A stretch of DNA of 58,734 nt, the filler included, from Squatina squatina (Eukaryota): NCBI GenBank assembly GCA_031763465.1. It is 4 parts of 4 records of this genome, joined end to end, with 100 filler letters (N's around TTAATTAATTAA, not from the genome) between each part and the next. Parts side by side here need not be neighbours in the genome. Positions count along the whole stretch, not along the records: positions 25,351 to 42,668 come from JARFOE010000057.1; positions 42,769 to 58,734 come from JARFOE010000120.1; 2 more parts are not named here. The stretch is one strand, 5' to 3'. The translations under genes were made by a program, and so were the position numbers. Shown here in pieces: positions 37,623 through 49,035 of this stretch (within the stretch, counting starts at the first letter, position 1; each line of letters starts with the position of its first letter). A model generated the notes under the pieces. The model did not search any database and was not told the origin of the DNA. It saw only the letters and a program-made list of their open reading frames with translations.

Positions 37623-38459
37623 AGAAATACTGAACAATCTGCATGAAATACAGTGCAAGAACCGGTCACACTGGGAAATTAGCTACCTTTGGAATGGCCT
37701 CCAGCAGCGCCCAAATGAACGCACAACTGTGGTTAACGTGGAACTATACCTAAAAGAAAATTATATTTCAGTAACTGCCGCGTTAACACAATCCCGTGCC
37801 AGCATTGTGAACCACTCACTGCTGCCTTATGGTGTTAATGTAATTTATTGCTCAATAAAACCGCTTTCACACAGATACCACTTCATTTCTCAGAGATTCC
37901 ACTACATCGGAACTGCTAAACTTAAATAGACCAAGATCCATTTAGTTCGCCTCCTACCATCCTGGTAGCTGCATGATACAATGATAATGGAGTTATTGAC
38001 TAATCACANNNNNNNNNNNNNNNNNNNNNNNNNNNNNNNNNNNNNNNNNNNNNNNNNNNNNNNNNNNNNNNNNNNNNNNNNNNNNNNNNNNNNNNNNNNN
38101 NNNNNNNNATGTTTGTACTCAATATATTTATTCAAGACTTTTACTATTAGCCTTATTACTTGCAAGTTTCTTATTCTCTTTTTGAAGTTCTACTTATTGA
38201 CTTGTGCGCCTTTGTTGTTTTCTGCATTTCTCCAATCCGTTGGATCACCACTTTAATGGCACTTATGTAAGCCGCATCTCCTTTAGCTTGACATTGCACC
38301 ATTCTTCATGTCGACCTTGATTGTACAAGTGGAAATTTTTCTCTTTTGGGATCTGTATTCGTATTGTACAAATGGTCGCACCAATTGATCTATCTGCCAT
38401 TTAAACAGAAATGTTCAGAACTGAGCCATGTGGAGAGTTAACTGATTTCACCACCCCTC

Positions 38460-39292
38460 CCTCCACAATGTGTGTTCACTTGTGAACAAGGCCCTTGCCA
38501 TCCGTTAGCTTATTGTGGATTACACAGACATAGCACTGACGGACACTTGGCTGATGGGTGATGACACCTCCACTCTTAATGAAGCCTTCCACCACTTGCC
38601 CTGACCAGACCGCTTCAGTGATGTGGCCCGGATCAAATCACATCTTGGTCTGTCCATCTACTCCTCGAGCACTTTCCTCCTTTGAGCATTGCACACTTTG
38701 TTCCATCCTTCTCACCTCCTTTAAAATTCTCGTTCTCTACCGCCCACCCAAGTTTCTCACCAAGATATCATCAGCTTTCCTCCCTCAGCCTCTTGTGCAG
38801 AGTGACTTCTCATCCTCACCTGATTTCAACCACCATCTCAACTCATCATGCCCTCTCTTCTGAATTCACTGCTCTCCAATCCTCCCCATCCATATTCACC
38901 AGGCATCCCCTCAACCTTGCCATCTCTACTCCCATTGTGTCAATTACAGATAAGGCTATCTCTGATCACTCTCCGCTCTCATCCCCTTTCCAACCGCACT
39001 TCCTTCCATGTCCGCGCCTGGAAATAACAGCCTTGACCCCTCTGTCTTTATAAACTACTGCCCCATCTCCAACCTCCTTTTCCTCTCAAGTCGTTGAAGG
39101 TGTTGTCGCCTCTGAAATCCAAGCCCATCTTTCCTGCAACTCCATGTTTCAACCCCTCCAATCAGATTTCCGCCTCTGCCACAACAATGTAATGGCCCAT
39201 GGTCACAAATTGCATCATCCTATGTGACTAACCATGGTAAACTATCCCTCATCTTTTTTGACATGACTGCAGCCTTCAACCACACCATCTTC
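38460..39292 (+). mobile_element. L2-type LINE ORF2 remnants
   Basis: SFKILVLYRPP, NY(C)PISNL.FLS and DMTAAF fragments with many deletions. Confidence 0.7.
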
Positions 39293-39601
39293 CACTATTT
39301 CGGCAGACATATCAGTAGAGACGCTGAATTTGATTTGCCCGAGAGCAGCTCTCCTTTACCATCCTGTCATGGGACCTGTGCCAATGCTTTCCCAGCAAGA
39401 GGATCTCAAGGACTTGAAAATCACACCATGCAGGTCTTTCTCTTCCAGTTTCTTCTGCAGCGTCTGCACAAACAAGTTTATGCATACATGTATTCCTGAA
39501 GCCAGAGTTTCAGCAGGAAGCCAATTGCATCCTGACTCGATTCCTCATCAGACAGATGTCACCATAGAGTTCAATAAACCAGAATATTTGTTGGAGCAAC
39601 C

Positions 39602-40724
39602 TTTATTCATACATTTTGCTTGTTTCAGACCTTGACAACCGTCAACAACATTTTCTAGTGCCATAGATCCAGAAATGTTATTTCATTGGTATTGAATAGT
39701 CTTATTTACACAGGCTTTCCTATTTGAGAGCCTTGTGTTGCAATAGTACACTTTTTCTCTATTTACCACAAAAATTAAATTTCAAGACAATTTTTTTATA
39801 CACACTGTTTGAACATCAAATTTTCTTAATATAACGCAACATAGTAAAAGATCATTCAAAGATTCATTCCGCTCAGTTCTAGCAAAACAAAATTTGGCGA
39901 AAATGAAAGGAAATTTGACATCTGTAAAGTAGTCCACTGAGTAAAAAAATGAAAGCACAAGAATTGAACATACAAAATAAAGAAAAGCATGTGGCTGGAT
40001 TATCAGTGTCCTTGCACTCTTAAAAGAATGCACTTTGAGTTTTACTACAGCTGGTTTCCACCCCTGCCCCCATTCCTGCAGCAAATGGAATTGAAGTTGT
40101 ACTTCCCACAGTGATTAGTTTGACTTGACATCAGCTTTTAAAATGGAACCGCTAATTCTAGTGAACAGAATGCACGCACTACTTTCTGTTAAACCAGTTC
40201 AGCCACAAACTAAACAGAACTTCATTACACAGCATTCACTATCAGTATATGCAGTTTGTCATCGACTCATTTGCACAATTCCGCCAGAGCTATTTTAAAC
40301 CAGCTCCCTTACAAGGCACACTATGATCTATGGAATAAATTTGTATTCTTTGAAGCAGAAAAGCTAATAACTGATTCCCAGACCAGAACTTGCACAGATT
40401 ACAACTTCAATACACAAACACGACTATACTGTACTTGGACAAAGTGGGACTTAATGGGCTATAGTCTTCAGACCTTTAAGTCTCATACATAAGGATATTT
40501 ACAATCATTTCTGCAGGTTGCTACTGAATAACCACACAGCTGATCTCCACATCCAAATCAACTCCATGTTAACCACTGAGGTTTAAAACAAAGTGTGTAA
40601 CAGTGTTGGCCATTTCAATGCTTCGAGTTCTGCTCATGTCCAGTGCTAATTAAAAGCCAAGTGTTTGCAACAGATTACAATGTGCCACATCAGAATTCGG
40701 CTTTAATACAGAGCCAGAAAGCAA
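39602..40724 (-). other. WDR44: Probable WDR44 3' UTR
   Basis: Repeat-free, U-rich sequence after the stop codon; candidate AATAAA on the minus strand at 39602-39607. End point is inferred. Confidence 0.5.
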
Positions 40725-40813
40725 TTAGTTCTTCTTCTTACTGATGAAAACTTTGATTGCGCCAGTGAAGTCTGCAGACAAGAGTACTTCAGTGATATCT
40801 GCTTTCAATGCAC
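40725..40813 (-). CDS. WDR44: WDR44 last coding exon
   Basis: cttccatatcag|GT GCA...AAC TAA. (G)ALKADITEVLLSADFTGAIKVFISKKKN* matches the WDR44 C-terminus (TEVLLSADFTGAIKVF); phase compatible with the upstream exon. Confidence 0.93.
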
Positions 40814-40982
40814 CTGATATGGAAGAGAGATTAGTGATAGATATCACACAGTATTTAATATATGCACATCTCAACAGAATACNNNNNNNNNNNNNNNNNN
40901 NNNNNNNNNNNNNNNNNNNNNNNNNNNNNNNNNNNNNNNNNNNNNNNNNNNNNNNNNNNNNNNNNNNNNNNNNNNNNNNNNN

Positions 40983-41450
40983 ATTTGGAAAAGCATGGGT
41001 TAATCAAGGAGAGCCAGCATAGATTTGTTAAAGGCAAATTATGTCTGACTAACCTGATTGACTTCTTTGATGAAGTAACAGAGAGGGTTGATGAAGGTAG
41101 TGTAGTAGATGTAGATATGGACTTTCAAAAGGCACAATTAAGCACAACATAACAGACTTATTCGAAAAACAGAAGCACATGGCATTAAAGCGATGGCCGT
41201 AACTTGGGTACATAATTGGCTACAGGATAGGGGGCAGAGAGTAGTGATGAACCGATGTTTATCTGACTGGTGAGCAGCATGCAGTGGGGTCCTCCAGGGG
41301 TCAGTATTCGGACCATTGCTTGACTTGTTCTGTATAAATGACCTGGACTTGGGTACAGCAAGTACACTTCTGAAGTTTGCAGATGAAAACAAAATTTGGC
41401 AATGTAGTAAGGAGTGAGCAGGATAGTAGCAGAGTAGAGGTAGAATGGGA
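40983..41450 (+). mobile_element. CR1 RT fragment in the last WDR44 intron
   Basis: ESQHRFVKGKLCLTNLIDFFDEVTERVDEGSVVD, SGVLQGSVFGP. Confidence 0.88.
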
Positions 41451-42346
41451 TATGAGAAACTTTGTCCAGAATGTATACTGAAGCCAAGTTCCTTCTCACA
41501 AAATCTCCAGATCTTGACATAATGGCCATCTTGATGGTTTAACTGCCAATCAATTTAACCTGATGTTTCCTGTCTGAATTTACAAAGGAATAGATGACCA
41601 GGACAATCTCAGATAGTTAATATGACCTTGCCAATAGTTGCTGATGTGTATAGGCTTCAGTACCTCCATTGTTTTGGTCAATGGAGGTACTCAAGGCTGG
41701 GTATTTCCAACATTTCCTGTTTTTATTATAGCGGCTACTTATTCACTTTAGAAACCACTATAGACTGAAAAAGTTGTTCTTAAAAATACAAGTGAGATCT
41801 CCTTTTAGCTTTCTTCCCATACTTTGCTCTAGGACACCTTGCTACTACACACCCTTTTCAAATTAAAATGAGTTCTTTGGACTGTCACTTCCTTCAGGAT
41901 TGCCATTAAATCTGTGACAGACTGGTTTCTGTGGAGCTACCTCCTTCAGCCCTGCAAATGTACACGCCCGACGCGACACCCCACCCCACCCCAGCAACAC
42001 AGGCATGCACACATACACATACTTACTTCCCAAGAAGCAGACGAAACACACACTACCTAAATACCAACAAAACTCATCTATTCAGGACAGCTCTCTCACA
42101 ATGAAGAACAAGACTGGGATCTCTGGATAGAAATTTAAAGGCCCAGTTGAATTCATCTTACAGGTTTAACCATTACTCAGCTGTTTCTATTTTCTCCGGT
42201 GTGCGTCATGTGACAACATCACTGCTAAACATCTACAAATGGGTAATGATGCTTATAAAACAAGAGTGCAAAGAGGGTGCACTGTCAAGGTTTACTAGTC
42301 CATACAGATTTACAGTATACAATATATGAATAGATAAATAACATAC

Positions 42347-42472
42347 CAGAAGGTATATGATCTGCATCAATACCCATGCCATCACCCTCTGCTTTCTCTG
42401 CCTGTGGGACGTCAGACAGCATCAAACTTGGATTTGGTGCAAAAATTGCTGAAGTTACAACTGCATTATGTG
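42347..42472 (-). CDS. WDR44: WDR44 penultimate coding exon
   Basis: ttgtgtag|CA CAT...TCT G|gtatgt, 126 nt, phase 1/1. (A)HNAVVTSAIFAPNPSLMLSDVPQAEKAEGDGMGIDADHIPS(G). Confidence 0.93.
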
Positions 42473-42668
42473 CTACACAAGAGAAAAACATAGTAGGTAT
42501 TATGATTAACTACAGAATTAATGTCAGTATTTACATGGGTGCAAAACACAGATTTGTCAGAACACATTAGCTGTACGAGCAAGGTTTCATATTTGGCAGC
42601 AATGCTCAGAGTATAATTGTGCAAAATGTAGCAGTTTGGTCCCAGTTGAGGTTAGAGAAAGGGATTAC

Positions 42669-42768
42669 NNNNNNNNNNNNNNNNNNNNNNNNNNNNNNNN
42701 NNNNNNNNNNNNTTAATTAATTAANNNNNNNNNNNNNNNNNNNNNNNNNNNNNNNNNNNNNNNNNNNN
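42669..42768. other. Artificial scaffold-join spacer
   Basis: TTAATTAATTAA at 42713-42724 within Ns. Confidence 0.95.
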
Positions 42769-43236
42769 CGATATTGTCTCCAAGGAAATACCAGCGACAA
42801 AATGGCAATTGTTTCAAAGAAGGTTTCGGGGCCTCCTAGTGCTTTAAATTGCTCCCAAAAAGCCGGGCTGTGTCCCCGCTACTTTTTACACTTACCAATG
42901 CAGGCCAATTCTTCAGTGGGTGGCCATTTTGGGCAATGCGCCTAGTGATGACATCAGCACTGCGTTTGCAACAATCCAGCAGCACCGCCCATTTAGCGGC
43001 AGTGATGGCCCCCCTGCCAATTGTCCAGCGGTGCCACTTATTGCTGAAAAATAGCTTTGGGCCCCTATCGCCGATTTTACGCTATTTTTGCGCCAGCGGT
43101 AAGGCACCAATTGGGACCCCTAAACCTTTTCCAATTCAACAGTTTGACGAAACAAAAAGAATTCTGGTTTAAAAAAGAAACATAAATTAGAATATTGTCC
43201 TACAGATTTCAAATAGCCTTGATTACAGACACAGTA

Positions 43237-44000
43237 GGGTTCATTTTAACTCGGGGCGGGAATCAGTTGGGAGGGGGGAGCGGATTGAGCAGATCGCCCC
43301 CAAGACATTGTTGGCATGAGGCCTGGGCCAATTTAACTCCCGGGCCTTGATAACATCTGAAGGACGGGCTGCCCTCCCAATCACCTGCAGAACCAGGAAA
43401 CTCAGCCCAGTGAGGCACTCAATTTCCGGCTGTAATTAACGCAGGGATGGACCTCTAAAAGCAAGGTTGCAATCCCCACTTTCACCTTTGTTGGTTGAAC
43501 GTTGGAAAAGATGGTGCACCAGAGAGGAGCTGAAGGGCCTCCCCCTCACCCCTCGCCCCCAACTGCTTTGCTGAAGCCTCCCGCCAGCCCCGAGAGGAAA
43601 TGGGACCCAGGAAGGAGGTACTCTTCCCCAGCAAGAGCATCCCCAGGGCACTGTCCAGCTGGCCTGGACTGAGGTTTCTGATAGGCTCGGCGTCAACCGC
43701 ATCACCCTCAGGACCTGGGTTTAATGCAGGAAAATGTTTAATTACCTCAAGTGAGCAGCAAGGGTGAGTACAGCTGTTCAATCTTCACCCCCATCCCTTC
43801 CCCCCCTCCATTCTCAACTATTACCGTCCCTCCATCATATCCTACAACACACAATCACAAGAGCAGAATGAGACACCTCCCTTTCTTATTCCAAATACAC
43901 ACTCTTCCTTTCATCCCTTCACATCACACAAACACCATTCTCTTTTTGCACACTATCACCAACTACTCCCACCGCTCCTTCCTCACTTCACCAAGATAAA
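43237..44000 (+). mobile_element. Harbinger left end with a decayed Myb/SANT-domain exon (~43510-43762)
   Basis: TIR-like start gggttcattttaac. FAEAS..EEMGPRKEVLFP / QLAWTEVSDRLGVNRITLRTWV*CRKMFNYLK*AAR|gtgagt fits the trihelix Myb/SANT pattern, with stops. Confidence 0.72.
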
Positions 44001-44004
44001 GGAT

Positions 44005-44447
44005 TTTGATTAGGCACTTTACAGCCTTCTGGACTCAACATTGAGTTCAACAATTTCAGAGCATAACCTCTGCCCTATAATTTTTTTCTTTTCATTCTTT
44101 TACATTAGTTTCTGTTTTTGTTTCCCTCTCATGGCTGTTGCTGTTTCCCCCGTTTACACCCTGTCTGGATTTAATGTGTTTCTTAATGTAGCCATTACCA
44201 CCTCTGATTGCCTTGCATCATCTCTTAATCTCTTCTGCCTTCAACCCTATCATTGATCTTCCACTTTGTTCTTTCCTCCCCCTTCCCCCTTTCCCTGCCC
44301 CTGCAGGTGCTTGAAAATTGCCTGCATTTCTAGTTTTTTTCATTTCTGATGAAGGGTCATCGACCTGAAACGTTAACTCTGTTTTTCTTTCCACAGATGC
44401 TGCCTGACCTGCTGAGTATTTCCAACATTCTCTGATTTCATTTTCTT
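44005..44447 (+). mobile_element. Penelope-like retroelement 3' fragment (GIY-YIG C-terminus plus 3' repeat)
   Basis: 44010-44066 encodes LGTLQPSGLNIEFNNFRA*, the typical end of a PLE endonuclease; followed by a pyrimidine-rich UTR and a hammerhead core. Confidence 0.8.
44342..44378 (+). ncRNA. Minimal type I hammerhead ribozyme motif
   Basis: CUGAUGA (44346-52), A, stem II GGGUC-AUC-GACCU, GAAA (44367-70), CG-UU; stem I auuu/aacu with one mismatch. Confidence 0.72.
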
Positions 44448-44669
44448 TACTAGTTTGAAGGAAGACTGAACAGGAAGAATGCACTTGAATATCGAAGAAC
44501 TGACCCAACTAATTTTCAATTCCGCACCACAGTGACCAGGAATGTACATTGCTTTAGAATCGTCGTTCCATTTATTTAACACAAAACAACTTCATGAGGC
44601 CATTTTAGGCCCATGAACCTTTTGAACAGAACCTCCGGTCCCATCCCAGGAAGAATGCCCCTGAGGTTA

Positions 44670-44870
<201 letters not shown>

Positions 44871-44899
44871 TTAGCCATTCATTGTTTGACTCTCCAAAG

Positions 44900-45357
44900 C
44901 TTTTCCACCATCTACAAGACAGGAGCATGATGGAATACTCTCCGCTTGCCTGGATGAGTGCAGCTCCAACAACATTCAAGGAGCTCGACACCATCCAGGA
45001 CAAAGCAGTCCATTTGACTGGCACCTTAAACATTCACTCCCTCCACCAGCGGCGTACCGTGGCTGCAGTGTGCACAATCTACACGATGCCCTGCAGCAAC
45101 TTGACAAGGCTTCTTTGACAGCATCTCCCAAACCCGCGACCTCCACGACCCAGAAGGACAAGGGCAGCAGGCGCATGGGAACACCATCACCTGCAAGTTC
45201 TCCTCCAACTTGTACACCATCCTGACTTGGAAATATATCGGCCATTCCTTCATCGTCACTGCGTCAAAATCCCAGAACCCCCTCCCCCTAACAGCACTGT
45301 GGGAGAACCTTCACCACACGGACTGCAGTGGTTCAAGAAGGCGGCTCATCACCACCT
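44900..45357 (+). mobile_element. Second CR1-group LINE family, ORF2 C-terminal part
   Basis: MEYSPLAWMSAAPTTFKELDTIQDKAV..NIHSLHQRRTVAAVCTIY. Confidence 0.8.
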
Positions 45358-45606
45358 NNNNNNNNNNNNNNNNNNNNNNNNNNNNNNNNNNNNNNNNNNN
45401 NNNNNNNNNNNNNNNNNNNNNNNNNNNNNNNNNNNNNNNNNNNNNNNNNNNNNNNNNTATTGCCCGTTTCACACAATCGCACAAAATTACCCCCGGTTAG
45501 CGAGTAGCGCTGGGTCTAGATTGCGTGTTATCAGTCCACACCCATTTAAATTGGAGTTTATTCAATAGAAAGCTGAGTCAGGCTAAGTTAGCACCGTGCG
45601 ACTTAC

Positions 45607-45728
45607 CTTCTCAGTGCAGAAATCCACACACTTATCCACCGACATGTTCAACAAGATGTTGCCGGCCGGCAGGGCAAGGGAGACATTATCAGGTCTTTTA
45701 AAGCATCCTCGGAACACAGCACTCCCAT
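45607..45728 (-). CDS. WSCD2: WSCD2 exon (second WSC domain)
   Basis: gagtgcag|AT GGG...AAG|gtaagt, 122 nt, phase 1/0. GSAVFRGCFKRPDNVSLALPAGNILLNMSVDKCVDFCTEK. Confidence 0.92.
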
Positions 45729-46121
45729 CTGCACTCAGAAATCAAAGAGGGGAGAAAAAAAATGGTGAATAATATGCAGGGATGTCTGCCACACTGCGCC
45801 ACACTCACAGTATTGAATACACATTATCCCTTTTGCGTCGTGAGGTTTGACAAATGGCCCCTACAGCAGAAACAGCACAAGTCATCTGCAGAATTAGAGA
45901 AGGCTGCCAAAAGGGGTGTCACACATGAAAGATGGATCTTTGCAGAAGTCAAAGAGTTGGGAGTTTTCCAGTGGGCCCTGTGCAGGCAAATTGCTCGGCA
46001 CCTAGATTGAGCGTCGTGATCNNNNNNNNNNNNNNNNNNNNNNNNNNNNNNNNNNNNNNNNNNNNNNNNNNNNNNNNNNNNNNNNNNNNNNNNNNNNNNN
46101 NNNNNNNNNNNNNNNNNNNNN

Positions 46122-46560
46122 GAAAGGAAGGTGGGATGCACAGGAGGCCAGAGTTAAAAGAGTGAGGATTGGAGCATAGCATTGGAGGAGATTACAGAGT
46201 AGGGAGATCCGAGGCCATGGAGAGATTCACAAACAGGGCCTCGGATTTTGACTTTGGAGTGGTGACGGGCAGGGAGGTAGTGGAGGTCAACAAGGATAAG
46301 CAGTAGTCAGTGCAGGACAGGCCACATATGGCACAGCTTTGGACAAGCTGGAGTTTGAGTCGAGTGGTGTTTGAGAGGAGGGCATTGGAAAAGTTGCATC
46401 CAGATGGAACAAAAGCATGGATGAAGACATGTGCTTTGAAGCTCAACTCAAGGTTAAGTAGAGCATTAAGGTTGTGAACTGTCTGGTTTAACTTGAGTGA
46501 ATAGCTTGGAAAGAGAATGGAATTGGGACAAGGGTAGATCATTTTGGGAAACATACTTCT
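46122..46560 (-). mobile_element. Old L2-type LINE fragment
   Basis: VHNLNALLNLELSF..IHAFV.S..FSNALL..KLQLVQ. Confidence 0.65.
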
Positions 46561-47246
46561 CCTGGATTCTGAAGGGCTTTACTGAGGGACTTTTATTGAA
46601 TAATATACCTGAACTCATTCTATTTGTTGGATTCTTGTCTGCAATTAATCGCAACATTCTGCAGTCTCCATTTCTCCTGTTAATGTCCCGAACATCAGGA
46701 ATAAACAACTGACAGAAAAACCGCAAGGCTGTGGACTATCGGCCTATATTTAACCAAATGAAACAAGTAGTGATATCAGACTAATAACTCTGAGGGGGAA
46801 ATTGAACTAAATGATAATTCATTAATGAAGGTAAAAGTAATTAAAAAATAATTACCGAGGTGCGTAAGATTATCATTAAATTATGTGTGCGTTTTTTTGA
46901 TAACTGCCTCATGTCTCCAGGCAAAGTTCGTTATCACATTTTGCAGATTTAAAAAAAATACAAAATACAAATTATATATGGAACACTGTTACTGCCAACC
47001 TGACTGCAGTTGGGTTTTTACACAAGGCTGTAAACTATAACAAGATTATTTCTATCTTTGTAAAAGATGATTTAGAGTGAATTGTGAATTAATTAACATT
47101 TTGTTGGTTTCGAATACTTTTGTATTTCTAATTTTTTAATGTTTTAATGAGACTCTCAAACCCAGATCCATCAGAGACAGTATAGGTCCTCAAGCAATAA
47201 GAGACCCACTGGAGAGAGAATAGGTTCTCATACTATAACTGATCCA

Positions 47247-47668
47247 TTGGGCCTATACGCTCTGGAATTTAGAAGAATGAGAGGTGATCTGATTCAAACA
47301 CAAGATTCTGAGGGGAATTGATAGGCTAGATGCTGAGAGGATGTTTCCCTCCTGGCTGGAGAGCCTAGAACTAGAGGTCACAGTCTCAGGATAAGGGGTC
47401 GGCCATTTTAGACTGAGATGTGGAGGAATTTCTTCACTCATAGGGTTGTGAATCTTTGGAATTCTCTACCCCAGAGGGCTGTGGATGCTGAGCAGTTGAG
47501 TATATTCAAGGCAAAGATCGATAGATTTTTGGATATTAAGGGAATCCAGAGTTATGGGGATAGTACGGGGGGTTGGAGTTGAGATAGAAGATCAGCCATG
47601 ATCTTATTGAATGGCAGGGCAGGCTTGAGGGGCCGAATGGCCTTCTCCCCCTATTTCTTATGTTCTCA
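47247..47668 (+). mobile_element. CR1 LINE 3' end
   Basis: LGLYALEFRRMRGDLI..FFTHRVVNLWNSLPQRAV, then the 3' UTR ending ggccgaatggcct..ttcttatgttc. Confidence 0.9.
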
Positions 47669-48729
47669 TGCCGTTCTATGTATTTCAATGCCGTGTCCCT
47701 TGGCGAGGTACCAGTATAGTGCAGCTACTGGAAGAGCGGGGCAACTCGGACAGTAACTTCCAGATTTTTACATGTGGTCGCCAGAGGTTGTAATCTGATT
47801 TACACTTTAATAACGGTAAATGCAGTTAGCCTCACCGCTATTTCTACTGCAAAATCTGGGCCAATGTGTCTGCTGTAACTTATGTTAAACCATTATTTTA
47901 TAGATGTCAATTATTTAGACTTTGAAATTTATGATTCCTGTAATAGATCACAAGAGCTGTATGCCTTTTTCAGGTCACTATACTGGACTGTTTTAAGATT
48001 GGACTATTTTTACAAAAATACATATGTTTTACAAATTTGTTGAAATTTATTTTCCTTCTTGCCCAACCCTTGTCAGTGACACTTGTGAGCGACACCACTT
48101 CTGCTCAGTGTTCAGTTTATAGAACTTGGCTTTGCTAATGGCCAAAGCCAAAAGTGACAGGTTTTCTTTTCTCAAGGTCCGTTGCCCCACTTCTGGGGTA
48201 CCAAAGGCAGCCAAGAAATGGCAAGCTTTCTCGCATGAAAAACAGTTGAATCTTGAGTGCCGGGTAGCCACGGGAGAAGTGGAGTTAAGAAGGTTAGCCA
48301 TAATACTAACCTGGATATGGTGTCATTTTCTTCAATTTATTTCNNNNNNNNNNNNNNNNNNNNNNNNNNNNNNNNNNNNNNNNNNNNNNNNNNNNNNNNN
48401 NNNNNNNNNNNNNNNNNNNNNNNNNNNNNNNNNNNNNNNNNNNGGCGCCTGGAAAGTGGCCAGCCTCTGTGTTCGCGAACCCTGCAGCAGTCACTGCCAG
48501 CGACCGGCGCTGCTGCTGAGGTCACTAGGGACTATAACTGCTGGGTTGCTCTGGGGGCACTGCGCACGGTGATCGCTGTGCACCGCTGAGTGCTGCGCTG
48601 CTTGTCAGCGTCATTGCTATCCGCCGACTGAATCCGGCAGCAGCTGGTTGGAGCACCACTGGCTGCCGCAACAACATCATCACCCGGGGAACCCTGGCCA
48701 AATCCGGAAGGTGAATTTCACCACCATTC

Positions 48730-49035
48730 AATTCAACCATATCTTAACTCCATTTACCCGCTTTGGTTGCATAACCCTTAATACTCTTACCTAACAAAAA
48801 TCCATCAATCTCAGTTTTGAACTTTTCAATTGACACCGAGCATCAACTGCTTTTTGTGGGAGAATGTTCCAAACTTTCACTACCATTTGTGTGAAGAAAT
48901 GTTTCCTGACATCAGCCTTGAACAGCCTCGAACTAATGTTAAGGTTATGCCCCCTTGTTCTGGACTCATCTACGGAGGAAATAATTTCTCTCCATCCACC
49001 CTGTAAACTCCTTTGGTCATCTTAATCACCTCAAG
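48730..49035 (-). mobile_element. CR1 3' fragment
   Basis: Antisense similarity to 47247-47668 (tttgtgtgaagaaatgtttcc..ttatgcccccttgttctggac). Confidence 0.7.
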
